Source of the DNA: Escherichia phage fEgEco12
DNA: 64,000 bases
Reading direction: 5' to 3' (one strand)
Sequence record: PP777464.1
The position numbers and the translations under genes were made by a program. Shown here in pieces: positions 31,615-40,942 of the stretch; positions within the stretch are counted from its first letter, which is position 1, and each line of letters starts with the position of its first letter. The notes below the pieces were generated by a model. It worked only from the letters and a program-made list of their open reading frames with translations, did not search any database and had not been told where the DNA came from.

Positions 31615-33126
31615 ATGAAATCTATGGAGAGAAATCAAATGCCAGGTCAATTTACTGATAAAAATGGCGGGAACATGGCAGGTCACTCTGATAAATGGAG
31701 TGAACGCAATCGTCGTCAAAATAGCTACCAAGCAGGACAGGGGTCACGTGGTTCACGTAATCAAGGGACAGGTTTAGCTGGTAAGGCAAACGCAGAAGCA
31801 GGTGAAGTTAAGAGTACTGAGAACATGACTGAGCTAGAAAAGCTACGTTATGTTAACTCATTAGGTCTTCTTAACGCAACACAGAAACAACGCCTTGCTG
31901 ATATGGAACGTGCTGAGAAAGAACAAGCAGTTCCTAAAGAAGAACCAAAACCAGAAGCTCCTAAAGCAGCTAACCCTGTTAAAGAGTTATCTGATAACTT
32001 AGGTAAGATCTTTGCTAACAAACCACAGTTGATTCAGGGTATTGTCAAAGCACTACAGGCAGTTCCTAAAGAAGAACTCAAAGGTAAAGCACAAGCTGTA
32101 CTTGATGCAATGAAAGGTAATAAGAGCACTGAACCTACTGAAGTATTCAGTACTATCATGCGTGCACTTGAAGGTACACACAAAGAAGATTCGAAAGAAC
32201 CTGAACAGGGTGAAGCAAGTCTTGATGGTATTCTTAAAACTTTTGATAGTATTGGTAAAGCAGACCGTGCTAATGCCCAGCAAGTCAAGAATGTACTGGC
32301 TAAACTTGAAAACCGTTTAGAAGGTAAAGACGATAAGGTTAAGCTCGTATCAGATGCAGTTAACAGTGCACTTAAATCTTATGTACAAGGTGAGAAAAGT
32401 CGCTTCGTAACAGCTATGGATGCTGCATTCAACACTATGAAAAAGTATGAAGCAGAACATGGTGAGAAAGTGACACCTGATGGATATCTACTACGTAAAG
32501 ATGAAGAAGGTGCAGTTGAACAGAAAGATGTTGAGCCTGAGCAAGAAGATCTACCTGATACCGTTGATATGGATGGATACATTCATCGTCCTGAGATGGA
32601 AGAGTTTGGGTCAGATAAAGAAGGTTTTGAACATGCAATGGCAGTATATAAAGCATTAGTTAAAAATCCAGATTATGCTAACCGTTTTGTTGACGAGTTT
32701 GATAGTGCATGGAATAACTATAAAGACAAAGGTTATGACTTCCCTGCTGAAGCTGCATTCTTTGAACTTGGTAAACTATTAGCTAAACATGGAATTGACG
32801 TTGGTTCATCTGATTCTGATGGTATGGAAGAAGAACATCTTGAAATGACTGATAAATCAATTCATGAACTTCAAAAGTTAATGATGTGGATATCCGAGAT
32901 TGGTAAAAAAGCAGGTGCTGATAGTAAAAGTATCAACAAAAATATTAGTTGGATTAAAGATAATGTTGGTAACAATGCTCGTAAACTTCAAAAGGCTTGG
33001 GCTGATTTAGTAAATGGTGCAGATGATGTTGACATTGAATCACCAGAAGCATATGAGTATGCACTAACTACACTTGATAACTCATTCAAAGAGTACGACC
33101 GTGGTGTTGGAAAGGATAAAAAATAA
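31615..33126 (+). CDS. hypothetical protein, 503 aa, K/E-rich
   Basis: largest + strand ORF in window. Confidence 0.65.
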   Translation: MKSMERNQMPGQFTDKNGGNMAGHSDKWSERNRRQNSYQAGQGSRGSRNQGTGLAGKANAEAGEVKSTENMTELEKLRYVNSLGLLNATQKQRLADMERAEKEQAVPKEEPKPEAPKAANPVKELSDNLGKIFANKPQLIQGIVKALQAVPKEELKGKAQAVLDAMKGNKSTEPTEVFSTIMRALEGTHKEDSKEPEQGEASLDGILKTFDSIGKADRANAQQVKNVLAKLENRLEGKDDKVKLVSDAVNSALKSYVQGEKSRFVTAMDAAFNTMKKYEAEHGEKVTPDGYLLRKDEEGAVEQKDVEPEQEDLPDTVDMDGYIHRPEMEEFGSDKEGFEHAMAVYKALVKNPDYANRFVDEFDSAWNNYKDKGYDFPAEAAFFELGKLLAKHGIDVGSSDSDGMEEEHLEMTDKSIHELQKLMMWISEIGKKAGADSKSINKNISWIKDNVGNNARKLQKAWADLVNGADDVDIESPEAYEYALTTLDNSFKEYDRGVGKDKK

Positions 33127-33135
33127 ACATTTAAA

Positions 33136-33162
33136 AGGTTGACTTCGGTCAACCTTTTTTTG
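33136..33162 (+). terminator. UUCG-tetraloop terminator (PeSL-like hairpin, weak -10)
   Basis: AAGGTTGAC-TTCG-GTCAACCTT then T7. Confidence 0.7.
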
Positions 33163-33197
33163 TAAATATTGTAGAGGGTTTTATAAGAGGTAATGCA

Positions 33198-33449
33198 ATG
33201 TTTAAATATGTTTTATTTTCACTTGTATTGTTTACTGATATAGTTTATAGTACTGAATACCAGTGCTCCATTGCTAGACAGGAGTTTAGAAACGGTGAGT
33301 TCTATACCAAGTCTTACACTAGAGGATTGGTACATGACAATAATAAAACTATAGGGTTCAATGCATTTGATAACAAAGATCGATATACGTCTGGAATACT
33401 ATCTGAACGTAAGTCGGATGTAATAGGTATCGAGCATGAATTCCGGTGA
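33198..33449 (+). CDS. secreted protein (signal peptide)
   Basis: 83 aa, hydrophobic N-terminus. Confidence 0.5.
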   Translation: MFKYVLFSLVLFTDIVYSTEYQCSIARQEFRNGEFYTKSYTRGLVHDNNKTIGFNAFDNKDRYTSGILSERKSDVIGIEHEFR

Positions 33450-33810
33450 CACAGTTGCAATGTGTAATGATATTGAGAGTACTAAGAAAGTATATACTAA
33501 TGGTGAAACTACCTTTAGATTCCACAATCTTACTACTAATGAAAGTTTATACTTCTACAACTGTAAAGAGTTCATTAAACCTGTGGATAACTCATGTGAT
33601 ATGCCGGAGCCAAAAGCTGCTGTATGTGAGGAACCACAATCCAAAGCTGACAAAGATTCAAAAGATAAGAAAGACAAAGCTGACAAATCGGATAAAAAAG
33701 AAAACAAAAAGAAAGCTAAAGATGATAAAGATAAAAAGTCCCCTAAGCCAAATCCATTTGAAAAGCCAAAGAATGAAAAGCCAAAACCAGACATGACATG
33801 TAAAATATAA
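33436..33810 (+). CDS. hypothetical protein with K/D-rich low-complexity tail
   Basis: 124 aa; overlapping frame 33446-33796 not preferred. Confidence 0.45.
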   Translation: MNSGDTVAMCNDIESTKKVYTNGETTFRFHNLTTNESLYFYNCKEFIKPVDNSCDMPEPKAAVCEEPQSKADKDSKDKKDKADKSDKKENKKKAKDDKDKKSPKPNPFEKPKNEKPKPDMTCKI

Positions 33811-33816
33811 AAGAAA

Positions 33817-33850
33817 AGGGTTGACTTCGGTCGGCCCTTTTTGCTATAAT
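33817..33850 (+). promoter_or_regulatory. fused terminator hairpin plus early promoter (PeSL-like cassette)
   Basis: AGGGTTGAC-TTCG-GTCGGCCCTT then TTTTTGCTATAAT. Confidence 0.65.
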
Positions 33851-33876
33851 CATTTCATCAACTACTGGAGGCAAAC

Positions 33877-34290
33877 ATGTTAAAAGTTATTTTCCGTTCT
33901 ATCAGTTCATTACTTCTTATGATTAGTTCAGTTTGTTATGCAAATGAAGTATCTGATTTATTTGAGAAGAATTACCCAACTGCACAAGAGATGGGTGTTT
34001 TAAAATGCAAGCTAACTTCGTACAACATCATCGGCAGTAAACTTGTACTGGAACATGAACGTAGTACACCAATCCCTCTAGTGGAAGAAGGTAGTACCTT
34101 TAGCTTCAAGTACGGGGTGAATGTAACATCTGGTGTAATGAACAATGTTGATGCAGAGACTGGTTCAACATGGAGTACTAGCGGTAAAGATGTGTTTCAT
34201 CGTATGCGTGAAAATGGTAAACTGAAGTACGTATATGAAAGTTCATTCATGAAACGTGTATTCATTATAAAAAATTGTGTACCAGCATAA
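33877..34290 (+). CDS. secreted protein (signal peptide)
   Basis: 137 aa. Confidence 0.55.
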   Translation: MLKVIFRSISSLLLMISSVCYANEVSDLFEKNYPTAQEMGVLKCKLTSYNIIGSKLVLEHERSTPIPLVEEGSTFSFKYGVNVTSGVMNNVDAETGSTWSTSGKDVFHRMRENGKLKYVYESSFMKRVFIIKNCVPA

Positions 34291-34301
34291 GGAACAACAT
34301 C

Positions 34302-34577
34302 ATGCGTTCATTTGAAAACTTAATCGGTAAACTTCGCTTACAAGAAATTGAAGCTGATGTGAAGGAATTATCTGAAACTAAGAGTTACATTCATTTAGAT
34401 GAACTGTTTATTAAGTACGGTGAGATTGGTTTTAAGTCATTATTTGTGTTTGTCATGAAGGTGCATAGTTTAAAGTACTTTGATTTGAGTTCAAAAGACG
34501 GACAACCAAATCTGTATTACATGTATTATCTTAAGAACATAGACGAAGCTAATACATTATTCTTAGAATATATGTAG
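34302..34577 (+). CDS. hypothetical protein
   Basis: internal ATG of track ORF 34275. Confidence 0.45.
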   Translation: MRSFENLIGKLRLQEIEADVKELSETKSYIHLDELFIKYGEIGFKSLFVFVMKVHSLKYFDLSSKDGQPNLYYMYYLKNIDEANTLFLEYM

Positions 34578-34586
34578 GGGTAAAAA

Positions 34587-34925
34587 ATGGAACAACATTT
34601 TGAATTAATTAATAAGGTATCATTTTATGTAGTATCGTTAATTTGGGTGTATTACATGTTTTGTTACATTATTGCATTCTTCCGATACACGACCTTGTAT
34701 CAACGCATATACTACGATGCACCAATTTCATTTTTGATGTTCAGTGCATGTACGTGGGGGATAATTGAAGCACTGGCATGTGGATATAGTACGGACGAAT
34801 TAAATCTCGTATCGGTGTTGACATTACTAACAATTGCTACTATGATAGCTACAGTTCCGATATTTTTGCTCTTTAAACTGCTTCATCGCATCGATGAGTG
34901 GCGTAATAAAATCCCTGAAAAGTAA
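34587..34925 (+). CDS. small 3-TM membrane protein, family member A1
   Basis: 112 aa; C-terminal RIDEWRNKIPEK. Confidence 0.6.
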   Translation: MEQHFELINKVSFYVVSLIWVYYMFCYIIAFFRYTTLYQRIYYDAPISFLMFSACTWGIIEALACGYSTDELNLVSVLTLLTIATMIATVPIFLLFKLLHRIDEWRNKIPEK

Positions 34926-34934
34926 GGATTGATA

Positions 34935-35276
34935 ATGATTTTTTACACTAATGCGTTTGCTTATGCCGTTGCATCAATCTACATTGTGTACTTCTTATTT
35001 GGTGGAGTACTGTACTTCTTTAAGTACAAAACATTGTTTAACCGAATGTATCCAAATCATCCAATTGTAGTAGTACTTTTGATTATTTCTGTTGCTCACA
35101 TCATTGTAGAAACAATAATGGGTATTAGTGCAGTACATTACAGTCTAGGTACTATTGTGATTATTACTATGATCATCGCATACATTTTAGTAATGGGTTC
35201 TGGTTTATTTGGGAATGTAGCAATGAAATTGTATAATCGAATTAAAACCTTACGTGATAATCTACCGGAGCGTTGA
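34935..35276 (+). CDS. small 3-TM membrane protein, family member A2
   Basis: ATG 34935 preferred over TTG 34929; C-terminal LRDNLPER. Confidence 0.6.
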   Translation: MIFYTNAFAYAVASIYIVYFLFGGVLYFFKYKTLFNRMYPNHPIVVVLLIISVAHIIVETIMGISAVHYSLGTIVIITMIIAYILVMGSGLFGNVAMKLYNRIKTLRDNLPER

Positions 35277-35277
35277 G

Positions 35278-35622
35278 ATGTATAATTTAAATTTAATCTC
35301 ATATATCATAACAACACTGTTTACTTTCTATACCTTTGTTGGTATACTCCTACTGTACTTTAAATTTTATAAACTCTTTGACCGTTTATATCCATCATTG
35401 GAACATGAATTCTTATTGGTGATGTACATCTGTTTAACGTGTATGTCTACATTTTTCACTGTATTTGATGGTATCATCGGTATTAAAGCTGAAGATCCAA
35501 ATGGTAGTACACTTGTTGCCTTTATCCTGGTAGGATTCTTCGGTACTTATATCACTTTCATTTCAACATGGTCTGTGGTTGATTATCTCATTAGATTACG
35601 AGATAAAATGCCAAATCGATAG
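35278..35622 (+). CDS. small 3-TM membrane protein, family member A3
   Basis: ATG overlaps upstream stop; C-terminal LRDKMPNR. Confidence 0.6.
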   Translation: MYNLNLISYIITTLFTFYTFVGILLLYFKFYKLFDRLYPSLEHEFLLVMYICLTCMSTFFTVFDGIIGIKAEDPNGSTLVAFILVGFFGTYITFISTWSVVDYLIRLRDKMPNR

Positions 35623-35631
35623 GGGGTTGCT

Positions 35632-35889
35632 ATGTTTGCATTGCGTAATAAAAATACAAAAGAGATTCTATGTATCTCAACAGTATGGGATTGTGCAGGA
35701 AGTGAAATGATTCTCGAAGAAGGTTCAGGTGATTGTGTTTATGTTGTTCAGGATCGTCGCGAACTGGAATCATTACTTGACGAATTTAATGCTGGTGGAA
35801 ATCCTAAAAGTACTCAATTCCCTGAGATCAGGAATCCAGCACCACCAGGCTCTTATGAAATTCTACAACTGTGGGAGATGGATAAGTAA
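35632..35889 (+). CDS. hypothetical protein
   Basis: 85-aa ORF. Confidence 0.5.
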   Translation: MFALRNKNTKEILCISTVWDCAGSEMILEEGSGDCVYVVQDRRELESLLDEFNAGGNPKSTQFPEIRNPAPPGSYEILQLWEMDK

Positions 35890-36269
35890 TGCGTCAAATG
35901 CACAAAGTAACCGAGCTAAACAAGCGTCTGATTAAACAATCAATGTTTGAGGATAAAGAGTCTTACTATAACTTCAAACGTGCTGTAGAGGCTGCTATCC
36001 ACATTCAGAAGCTTAAAGATAGTGGATGTATTATTCTCGAAAATGGTTCTGACGTTGTTACTGATGACTTCAGTGTAGCGTTTGATGTTTCACCTGATGG
36101 TTCGCTATCAATGCCACGCTTAGGGACTGGTGACATGACTGTGTGGGTAGGTTTCACTATGGGGAATGTACCAGGTACGGTGTATGTAGATGATGCTGAG
36201 TTGAAAGAAAGCTTCAAAAACTTATCGCATCTTGAACCACAATACGCACATGAAATGAATTTATTTTGA
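35889..36269 (+). CDS. hypothetical protein
   Basis: 126-aa ORF. Confidence 0.55.
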   Translation: MRQMHKVTELNKRLIKQSMFEDKESYYNFKRAVEAAIHIQKLKDSGCIILENGSDVVTDDFSVAFDVSPDGSLSMPRLGTGDMTVWVGFTMGNVPGTVYVDDAELKESFKNLSHLEPQYAHEMNLF

Positions 36270-36271
36270 GT

Positions 36272-36299
36272 TGACAAACTCATTCAGTACTGTATAATG
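36272..36299 (+). promoter_or_regulatory. early promoter TTGACA-N16-TATAAT with extended -10 TG
   Basis: TTGACA 36272-36277, TGTATAAT 36292-36299. Confidence 0.6.
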
Positions 36300-36345
36300 T
36301 TTATCAAGGGGATGAACTTCTCATCCCCACAATCGAGGAATTGTC

Positions 36346-36900
36346 ATGATTACTTTTAAGAAAACTGCTAACCACATCCATGAGATCTACATTAACGGTC
36401 ACAAAGCTGGCCTTCTTCGTTTACTCGCCCATCATCCGAATATTACCGTATCTGATAATGAACCTAAAGATTGGCGTGTATTTTTCTTTGGAAAGTACAG
36501 TGATTTTCAAGTATCAAACCTGAAGAACATTCGTTCAGTATGCACGTTAACTGAAATTAAAGAAAAGTTAACCAAAGCATTGAAAACTAATCCAGATAGT
36601 GTTCTTCCACCTGATAACTTTGTAGAGAAAGGATATGCCTTAGCTCATTTCAAAGATGGTACTATTCAATCTATCAGTACTGAATATGAATATCAATGGA
36701 CTGAGTACTTCACTTATGGATCGCGTAATACATTGATGGCTTCACGTAGTAAATTGGAAGAAGTACTGACTCGTATGAATGAACGCGAGCGTCAATTTTA
36801 TGACAAACCAGAAATGTGGAGTTCAACTTACATTGACCGTATTGACTATGTTATTATGACTCCAATCTTTGACACTGCTTACTATGATTCTTTGAAATAA
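36346..36900 (+). CDS. hypothetical protein
   Basis: 184-aa ORF. Confidence 0.6.
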   Translation: MITFKKTANHIHEIYINGHKAGLLRLLAHHPNITVSDNEPKDWRVFFFGKYSDFQVSNLKNIRSVCTLTEIKEKLTKALKTNPDSVLPPDNFVEKGYALAHFKDGTIQSISTEYEYQWTEYFTYGSRNTLMASRSKLEEVLTRMNERERQFYDKPEMWSSTYIDRIDYVIMTPIFDTAYYDSLK

Positions 36901-36911
36901 GGATAACTTAT

Positions 36912-37088
36912 ATGAAACTACGTACTCGTAATCGACTGATGGATGCACTGTACCATGAACAGCTTTCACTGAATGAAGTGAAGCGACAGTTAATGTACAC
37001 ATATCTGTTACCCGCTCGCATTGCAAAACAACGTGCTAAAGAATTGCTGAAAGAAGCAATCGAGTACTGGGAATCTGATTCGTACTAA
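36912..37088 (+). CDS. hypothetical small basic protein
   Basis: 58-aa ORF, hand-translated. Confidence 0.4.
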   Translation: MKLRTRNRLMDALYHEQLSLNEVKRQLMYTYLLPARIAKQRAKELLKEAIEYWESDSY

Positions 37089-37116
37089 TTGTCACGTTAA
37101 TTAAGTGAGGCGATAA

Positions 37117-37368
37117 ATGAAAATTTTATTAGTTCTAATACTACTAATTGTTTTACCATTTACGTTAGTATCCCCTGAACTTGCATGGAATGTGTTTGTG
37201 TACTTACTATGTACTATTGTAGTAAATGGTATCTTGTTCTTAGTTCTATTCATAAATGGAATAGGACACGGTGGAGGATGGACCAGTACTGCTGATATTG
37301 TACATAAAACCACTATGTCTTTATTTGTAGTGTGGAATTTATTCTGGACTTGGTTTGTGTTCTTCTAA
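37117..37368 (+). CDS. small membrane protein
   Basis: 83 aa, three hydrophobic segments. Confidence 0.5.
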   Translation: MKILLVLILLIVLPFTLVSPELAWNVFVYLLCTIVVNGILFLVLFINGIGHGGGWTSTADIVHKTTMSLFVVWNLFWTWFVFF

Positions 37369-37377
37369 TTAAAAAAT

Positions 37378-37749
37378 ATGAATATAGATTTGAAAGGTGC
37401 AACACGAACTGTCATACTCATTGGGGAATATGCTATCAAGATTCCAACCTTTAAAAGTTGGAAGCTATTCTTAACAGGGATGATAGCTAACCTCAATGAA
37501 CGTTCGTGGATGCAGTACTCCAAGCGTAGTAATAGTGGTATCTGCCCTACGTTGTGGTCATCATGTACTGGACTAGTAACTGTACAGAAGCGTTGTAAGC
37601 CAGTGCAACATAGGGGTTTATTTTGGGTGGAGTTGTGTGCTTTAGCATTGGATTCAGAGTTAAGTACTGACTTCTTCTATTCAGATGCGAAGCCAGAAAA
37701 CTTTGGGTATCTGTGTGGTAAGTTGGTTAAACTTGATTATGGAGATTAA
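37378..37749 (+). CDS. protein-kinase-like mini ORF (Gly-rich loop/AIK ... DAKPEN ... DYG spacing)
   Basis: K21, D103-x-K-P-E-N, D120-Y-G at kinase-like spacings of 82 and 17 residues. Confidence 0.4.
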   Translation: MNIDLKGATRTVILIGEYAIKIPTFKSWKLFLTGMIANLNERSWMQYSKRSNSGICPTLWSSCTGLVTVQKRCKPVQHRGLFWVELCALALDSELSTDFFYSDAKPENFGYLCGKLVKLDYGD

Positions 37750-37750
37750 T

Positions 37751-38020
37751 ATGTACGCATTGTATAATAAAGAAAAGAAACGATTTGCTAAGGTTGAAAT
37801 TTCGATTGATACATTTGACATGTTGGAGTACTGTATTGTAACGGATTTATATGCTAACTTGTATTACGTTCTTGATGACGTATCAGTACTGCAACGATTG
37901 CTTGAGAATTCCAAAAGTCAATGCCAGGGCATCCATGATGGTTCATCTTATGAAACACCTGAGTGTTCCTACGGCTATCTGGACGGGTATGAGATTGTGA
38001 AGTTGGGGATTGTTGAATAA
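37751..38020 (+). CDS. hypothetical protein
   Basis: ATG after GGAG; track start 37685 overlaps upstream gene. Confidence 0.45.
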   Translation: MYALYNKEKKRFAKVEISIDTFDMLEYCIVTDLYANLYYVLDDVSVLQRLLENSKSQCQGIHDGSSYETPECSYGYLDGYEIVKLGIVE

Positions 38021-38032
38021 ATGGATTAAACA

Positions 38033-38446
38033 ATGAAGAAGTGTATCACGTGTAATATTGAAAAAGACATTAGTGAATTTGGTATAAGAAAAGATACTGG
38101 GAAACATAGAAATACATGCAAAGGTTGTAGTAATATTACCAGTAAGAAAACCAGAAATAAAAAAACTGATGTCAAAAAACTTGAAGAAATCAAAAGAAAA
38201 AATAAAGATTTCATGACCAGAGTTAAATCATTTTATGGTTGTAGTATTTGCATGATGAAGTATCCAGAATGTTTAGACTTTCACCATCTTGATCCTAATA
38301 CCAAAGAACATACACCAAGTTCTATGTTCAGTAAAAGTCGAGAATCTATCAAAGATGAAATTCGAAAGTGTATGATTCTTTGTTCTAATCACCATCGCAT
38401 GGTACATTCTGGTAGACTATGTTTGATTGAAAGAAAAAAGGGTTGA
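38033..38446 (+). CDS. HNH endonuclease-like protein with Cys-rich N-terminus
   Basis: CITCN...CKGC; HHLDP...N...CSNHH motif. Confidence 0.55.
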   Translation: MKKCITCNIEKDISEFGIRKDTGKHRNTCKGCSNITSKKTRNKKTDVKKLEEIKRKNKDFMTRVKSFYGCSICMMKYPECLDFHHLDPNTKEHTPSSMFSKSRESIKDEIRKCMILCSNHHRMVHSGRLCLIERKKG

Positions 38447-38472
38447 CTTCGGTCAGCCCTTTTTGCTATAAT
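38441..38472 (+). promoter_or_regulatory. fused terminator hairpin plus early promoter (PeSL-like) overlapping HNH stop codon
   Basis: GGGTTGAC-TTCG-GTCAGCCC then TTTTTGCTATAAT. Confidence 0.65.
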
Positions 38473-38500
38473 CATTTCATCGAAACGAGAGGATGAATAC

Positions 38501-39016
38501 ATGACACGCATTAACTTAGTACACGTTAAAGAACTTGCTGACCAACATCTGATGGCTGAATATCGTGAACTCCCACGTGTGTTTGGTGCTGTACAAAAAC
38601 ATGTTCAAGCACGTAAGCGAGTCCGTGATTTCAAAATTAACAGTACTTATCTGTTAGGTTCAGGTCATGTAACATTCTTCTACGACAAGTTATTGTACTT
38701 ACAGAAGCGTCATATTGAAATTGTTAACGAATGTTTGCGTCGTGGGATGAAGATTCAAAACACTGAAGTAAACGACATTAGCGGCATCCCTGCTGAGTTT
38801 TGTAATGACTACGCACCATCGGAGTCAGAGATTAAAATGTCTCGTGAGCGTTTGATTGAGAAGCTCCAGATGAAGCCTACTTGGTATAAATTTACTGACG
38901 TTGAACGCCCAGAGTACGTTAAAGATATGCAGGACGTAAGTAGTAATATAGAATCTAGTACTGATATGTTCGACGAAATTGAAGAACAAATCAAAGATGA
39001 AATGAATAATTATTAA
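38501..39016 (+). CDS. denV: pyrimidine dimer DNA glycosylase/AP lyase (T4 endonuclease V homolog) with C-terminal extension
   Basis: N-terminal MTRINL...[21 protein letters not shown]...KRVRDFKI...[10 protein letters not shown] matches T4 DenV from memory. Confidence 0.9.
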   Translation: MTRINLVHVKELADQHLMAEYRELPRVFGAVQKHVQARKRVRDFKINSTYLLGSGHVTFFYDKLLYLQKRHIEIVNECLRRGMKIQNTEVNDISGIPAEFCNDYAPSESEIKMSRERLIEKLQMKPTWYKFTDVERPEYVKDMQDVSSNIESSTDMFDEIEEQIKDEMNNY

Positions 39017-39022
39017 AGGAAA

Positions 39023-39055
39023 GGGTTGACTTCGGTCAGCCCTTTTTGCTATAAT
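39023..39055 (+). promoter_or_regulatory. fused terminator hairpin plus early promoter (PeSL-like cassette)
   Basis: GGGTTGAC-TTCG-GTCAGCCC; TTGACT 39026-39031; TATAAT 39050-39055. Confidence 0.65.
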
Positions 39056-39083
39056 TATTTCATCAACTGATGAGGATAACGAA

Positions 39084-39854
39084 ATGACCAGAGAAGCACG
39101 TAGCATTCAAATCCAGAAAAACTTCAACTCCATGATGGTTGCTCTTGAGTGTTTGCTCGACGATAGCAGTACTGTAAAAAGTATGGTTGTCAGCGGTGCA
39201 CCTGGTGTTGGTAAGACTTACACCCTGTCACAACGCCTCCAGAAAGCTCATGACGCAGCAGAATGGAACGTAGCCACTATCAGTGGTAAGATGACTACTC
39301 TTGCTCTGTATGAAGTTCTGTACAAGAATCGTCACAGCACTAATGTATTAGTACTGGATGATATGGACAGCATCTTTGATTCAGAAGACGGTATGAACCT
39401 GCTCAAAGCAGTACTGGACAGTGGTAAACGTACTGTGTCTTACATGACTAGCTCTAAGTACTTAACTACCAACGGTATCCCTAACAGCTTTGATTTTAAC
39501 GGTCGTATCGTATTCATTACTAACAAAGATTTAGCACTGAATGCTAAAGCTAAAACCAAAATGTCTGCTCACTATGCTGCTCTTATGTCTCGCTCTGTGT
39601 ATGTTGACTTACAGATCCAGACTAAAAGCGATATCATGATTCACATTGAAAACGTAATGAACAAGACCAACATCCTGTCAACTAAAGGTGTTAATAGTAA
39701 TGGTAGCAAAGCAATCCTGAATTGGATGCTGAAACATGAAGATGCACTTCGTGCTCCTTCACTGCGTATGCCTCTGTTGATTTCAGCAGTATACAACAAC
39801 AACCCGTATGATTGGGAAGAGCAGTGCGAAAACTTGTTCCTTGAGAAAATTTAA
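39084..39854 (+). CDS. P-loop NTPase (Walker A GAPGVGKT)
   Basis: SGAPGVGKT at residues 37-45; hydrophobic stretch then DD consistent with Walker B. Confidence 0.6.
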   Translation: MTREARSIQIQKNFNSMMVALECLLDDSSTVKSMVVSGAPGVGKTYTLSQRLQKAHDAAEWNVATISGKMTTLALYEVLYKNRHSTNVLVLDDMDSIFDSEDGMNLLKAVLDSGKRTVSYMTSSKYLTTNGIPNSFDFNGRIVFITNKDLALNAKAKTKMSAHYAALMSRSVYVDLQIQTKSDIMIHIENVMNKTNILSTKGVNSNGSKAILNWMLKHEDALRAPSLRMPLLISAVYNNNPYDWEEQCENLFLEKI

Positions 39855-39921
39855 TTACATGTATTGACAGTACTACCATAGTGTAGTACTATAACTTAAT
39901 ATTCACCACCGGAGATACGAT

Positions 39922-40260
39922 ATGCTTGAGTTTTTTAATTCAGATACAATGCTTAGTATTACTTTGATTTATCTATTTGGTTTTTTCTTTTATCATGCAC
40001 TAGTTGTAGTACTATGGTATTTTAAAAAGAAAATCGTTTTCAAACTGTATCCTGATGGAAACATTTCACTACTTCTTTTCACTATTATCCAAGGTATGTT
40101 TGCAATTGTTGGTCTTATCGCACACTTAATTTATTGTGCTAATCCACAGTTGAACTCAATATCACAATATATTGTATTCCTTGGATTACTAATTTGGGTG
40201 CTGATATACTTGTTTAATCTCATTATTAATGGTAGAGCAAAAATTCGTGGGGACTTCTAA
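39922..40260 (+). CDS. small 3-TM membrane protein, family member B1
   Basis: 112 aa; basic C-terminus. Confidence 0.6.
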   Translation: MLEFFNSDTMLSITLIYLFGFFFYHALVVVLWYFKKKIVFKLYPDGNISLLLFTIIQGMFAIVGLIAHLIYCANPQLNSISQYIVFLGLLIWVLIYLFNLIINGRAKIRGDF

Positions 40261-40607
40261 TGTTTGAATCTTATCTTGAGTTTTTAAAGAGTAGTTCTGT
40301 TGCACATTCAATTGCAGGGATTATTCTAACAGGTTATGTAACATTTTGGGTGGTTATGTTTCTAGGATGGTATTTTAAACGACAATTCTATAAGCGTAAT
40401 GGTGAAGATTTTATGAATTCTGTTATTAATCAATCGTTGTTTGCATCAACATTGATAGCATGTATTGTAGCAACACTCACAGGAAAGGTACTGCCAGCAT
40501 TCTCCGCAGTTTACGGTACATTGGGTATGATATGTGTAGTTTTTTACTTGACCATTAAACTTTGTTGTGTTATGATTGACCTTCGAAACAAGATACCGGA
40601 GGAATGA
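40260..40607 (+). CDS. small 3-TM membrane protein, family member B2
   Basis: C-terminal DLRNKIPEE; overlapping stop/start. Confidence 0.6.
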   Translation: MFESYLEFLKSSSVAHSIAGIILTGYVTFWVVMFLGWYFKRQFYKRNGEDFMNSVINQSLFASTLIACIVATLTGKVLPAFSAVYGTLGMICVVFYLTIKLCCVMIDLRNKIPEE

Positions 40608-40942
40608 TGGAATATTTTTTACACTTACTGCCGTGGTATATGAAAGTTAGTACTATGTACTATATTCTTAGTGCTGGATTCTACTTTCTGATGTGGTTCT
40701 TCAAACGACCAATTTCAGTATTCATCTCTGATAACATGCTGCAATTAAAATTACACGCATGGTTTTTTATGGCGATGTTTATGCCTATTATTCACTACTC
40801 AATGATTAGTAGAGGTTTACGTTCTAATGGTGAACCAATTATATTAGTATTCTATTGGGGTTCAACTATTGCATATGTAAGTTTGTTGTTGATCCCAGCC
40901 GTTCATAAATTACGTGCTAAAGTTCCTGATGCGAGGTACTAA
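40604..40942 (+). CDS. small 3-TM membrane protein, family member B3
   Basis: C-terminal LRAKVPDARY. Confidence 0.6.
   Translation: MMEYFLHLLPWYMKVSTMYYILSAGFYFLMWFFKRPISVFISDNMLQLKLHAWFFMAMFMPIIHYSMISRGLRSNGEPIILVFYWGSTIAYVSLLLIPAVHKLRAKVPDARY

Noticed and set aside
33446-33796. Alternative-frame 116-aa ORF overlapping 33436-33810
   Set aside because: Two frames are open through the same K/D-rich low-complexity DNA; only one can be the main product and neither can be chosen with confidence; the longer frame was kept at low confidence.
34929-34937. TTG start for membrane protein A2 as given in the ORF track
   Set aside because: ATG at 34935 with AAGGATT 7-8 nt upstream is a more conventional start; difference is two residues.
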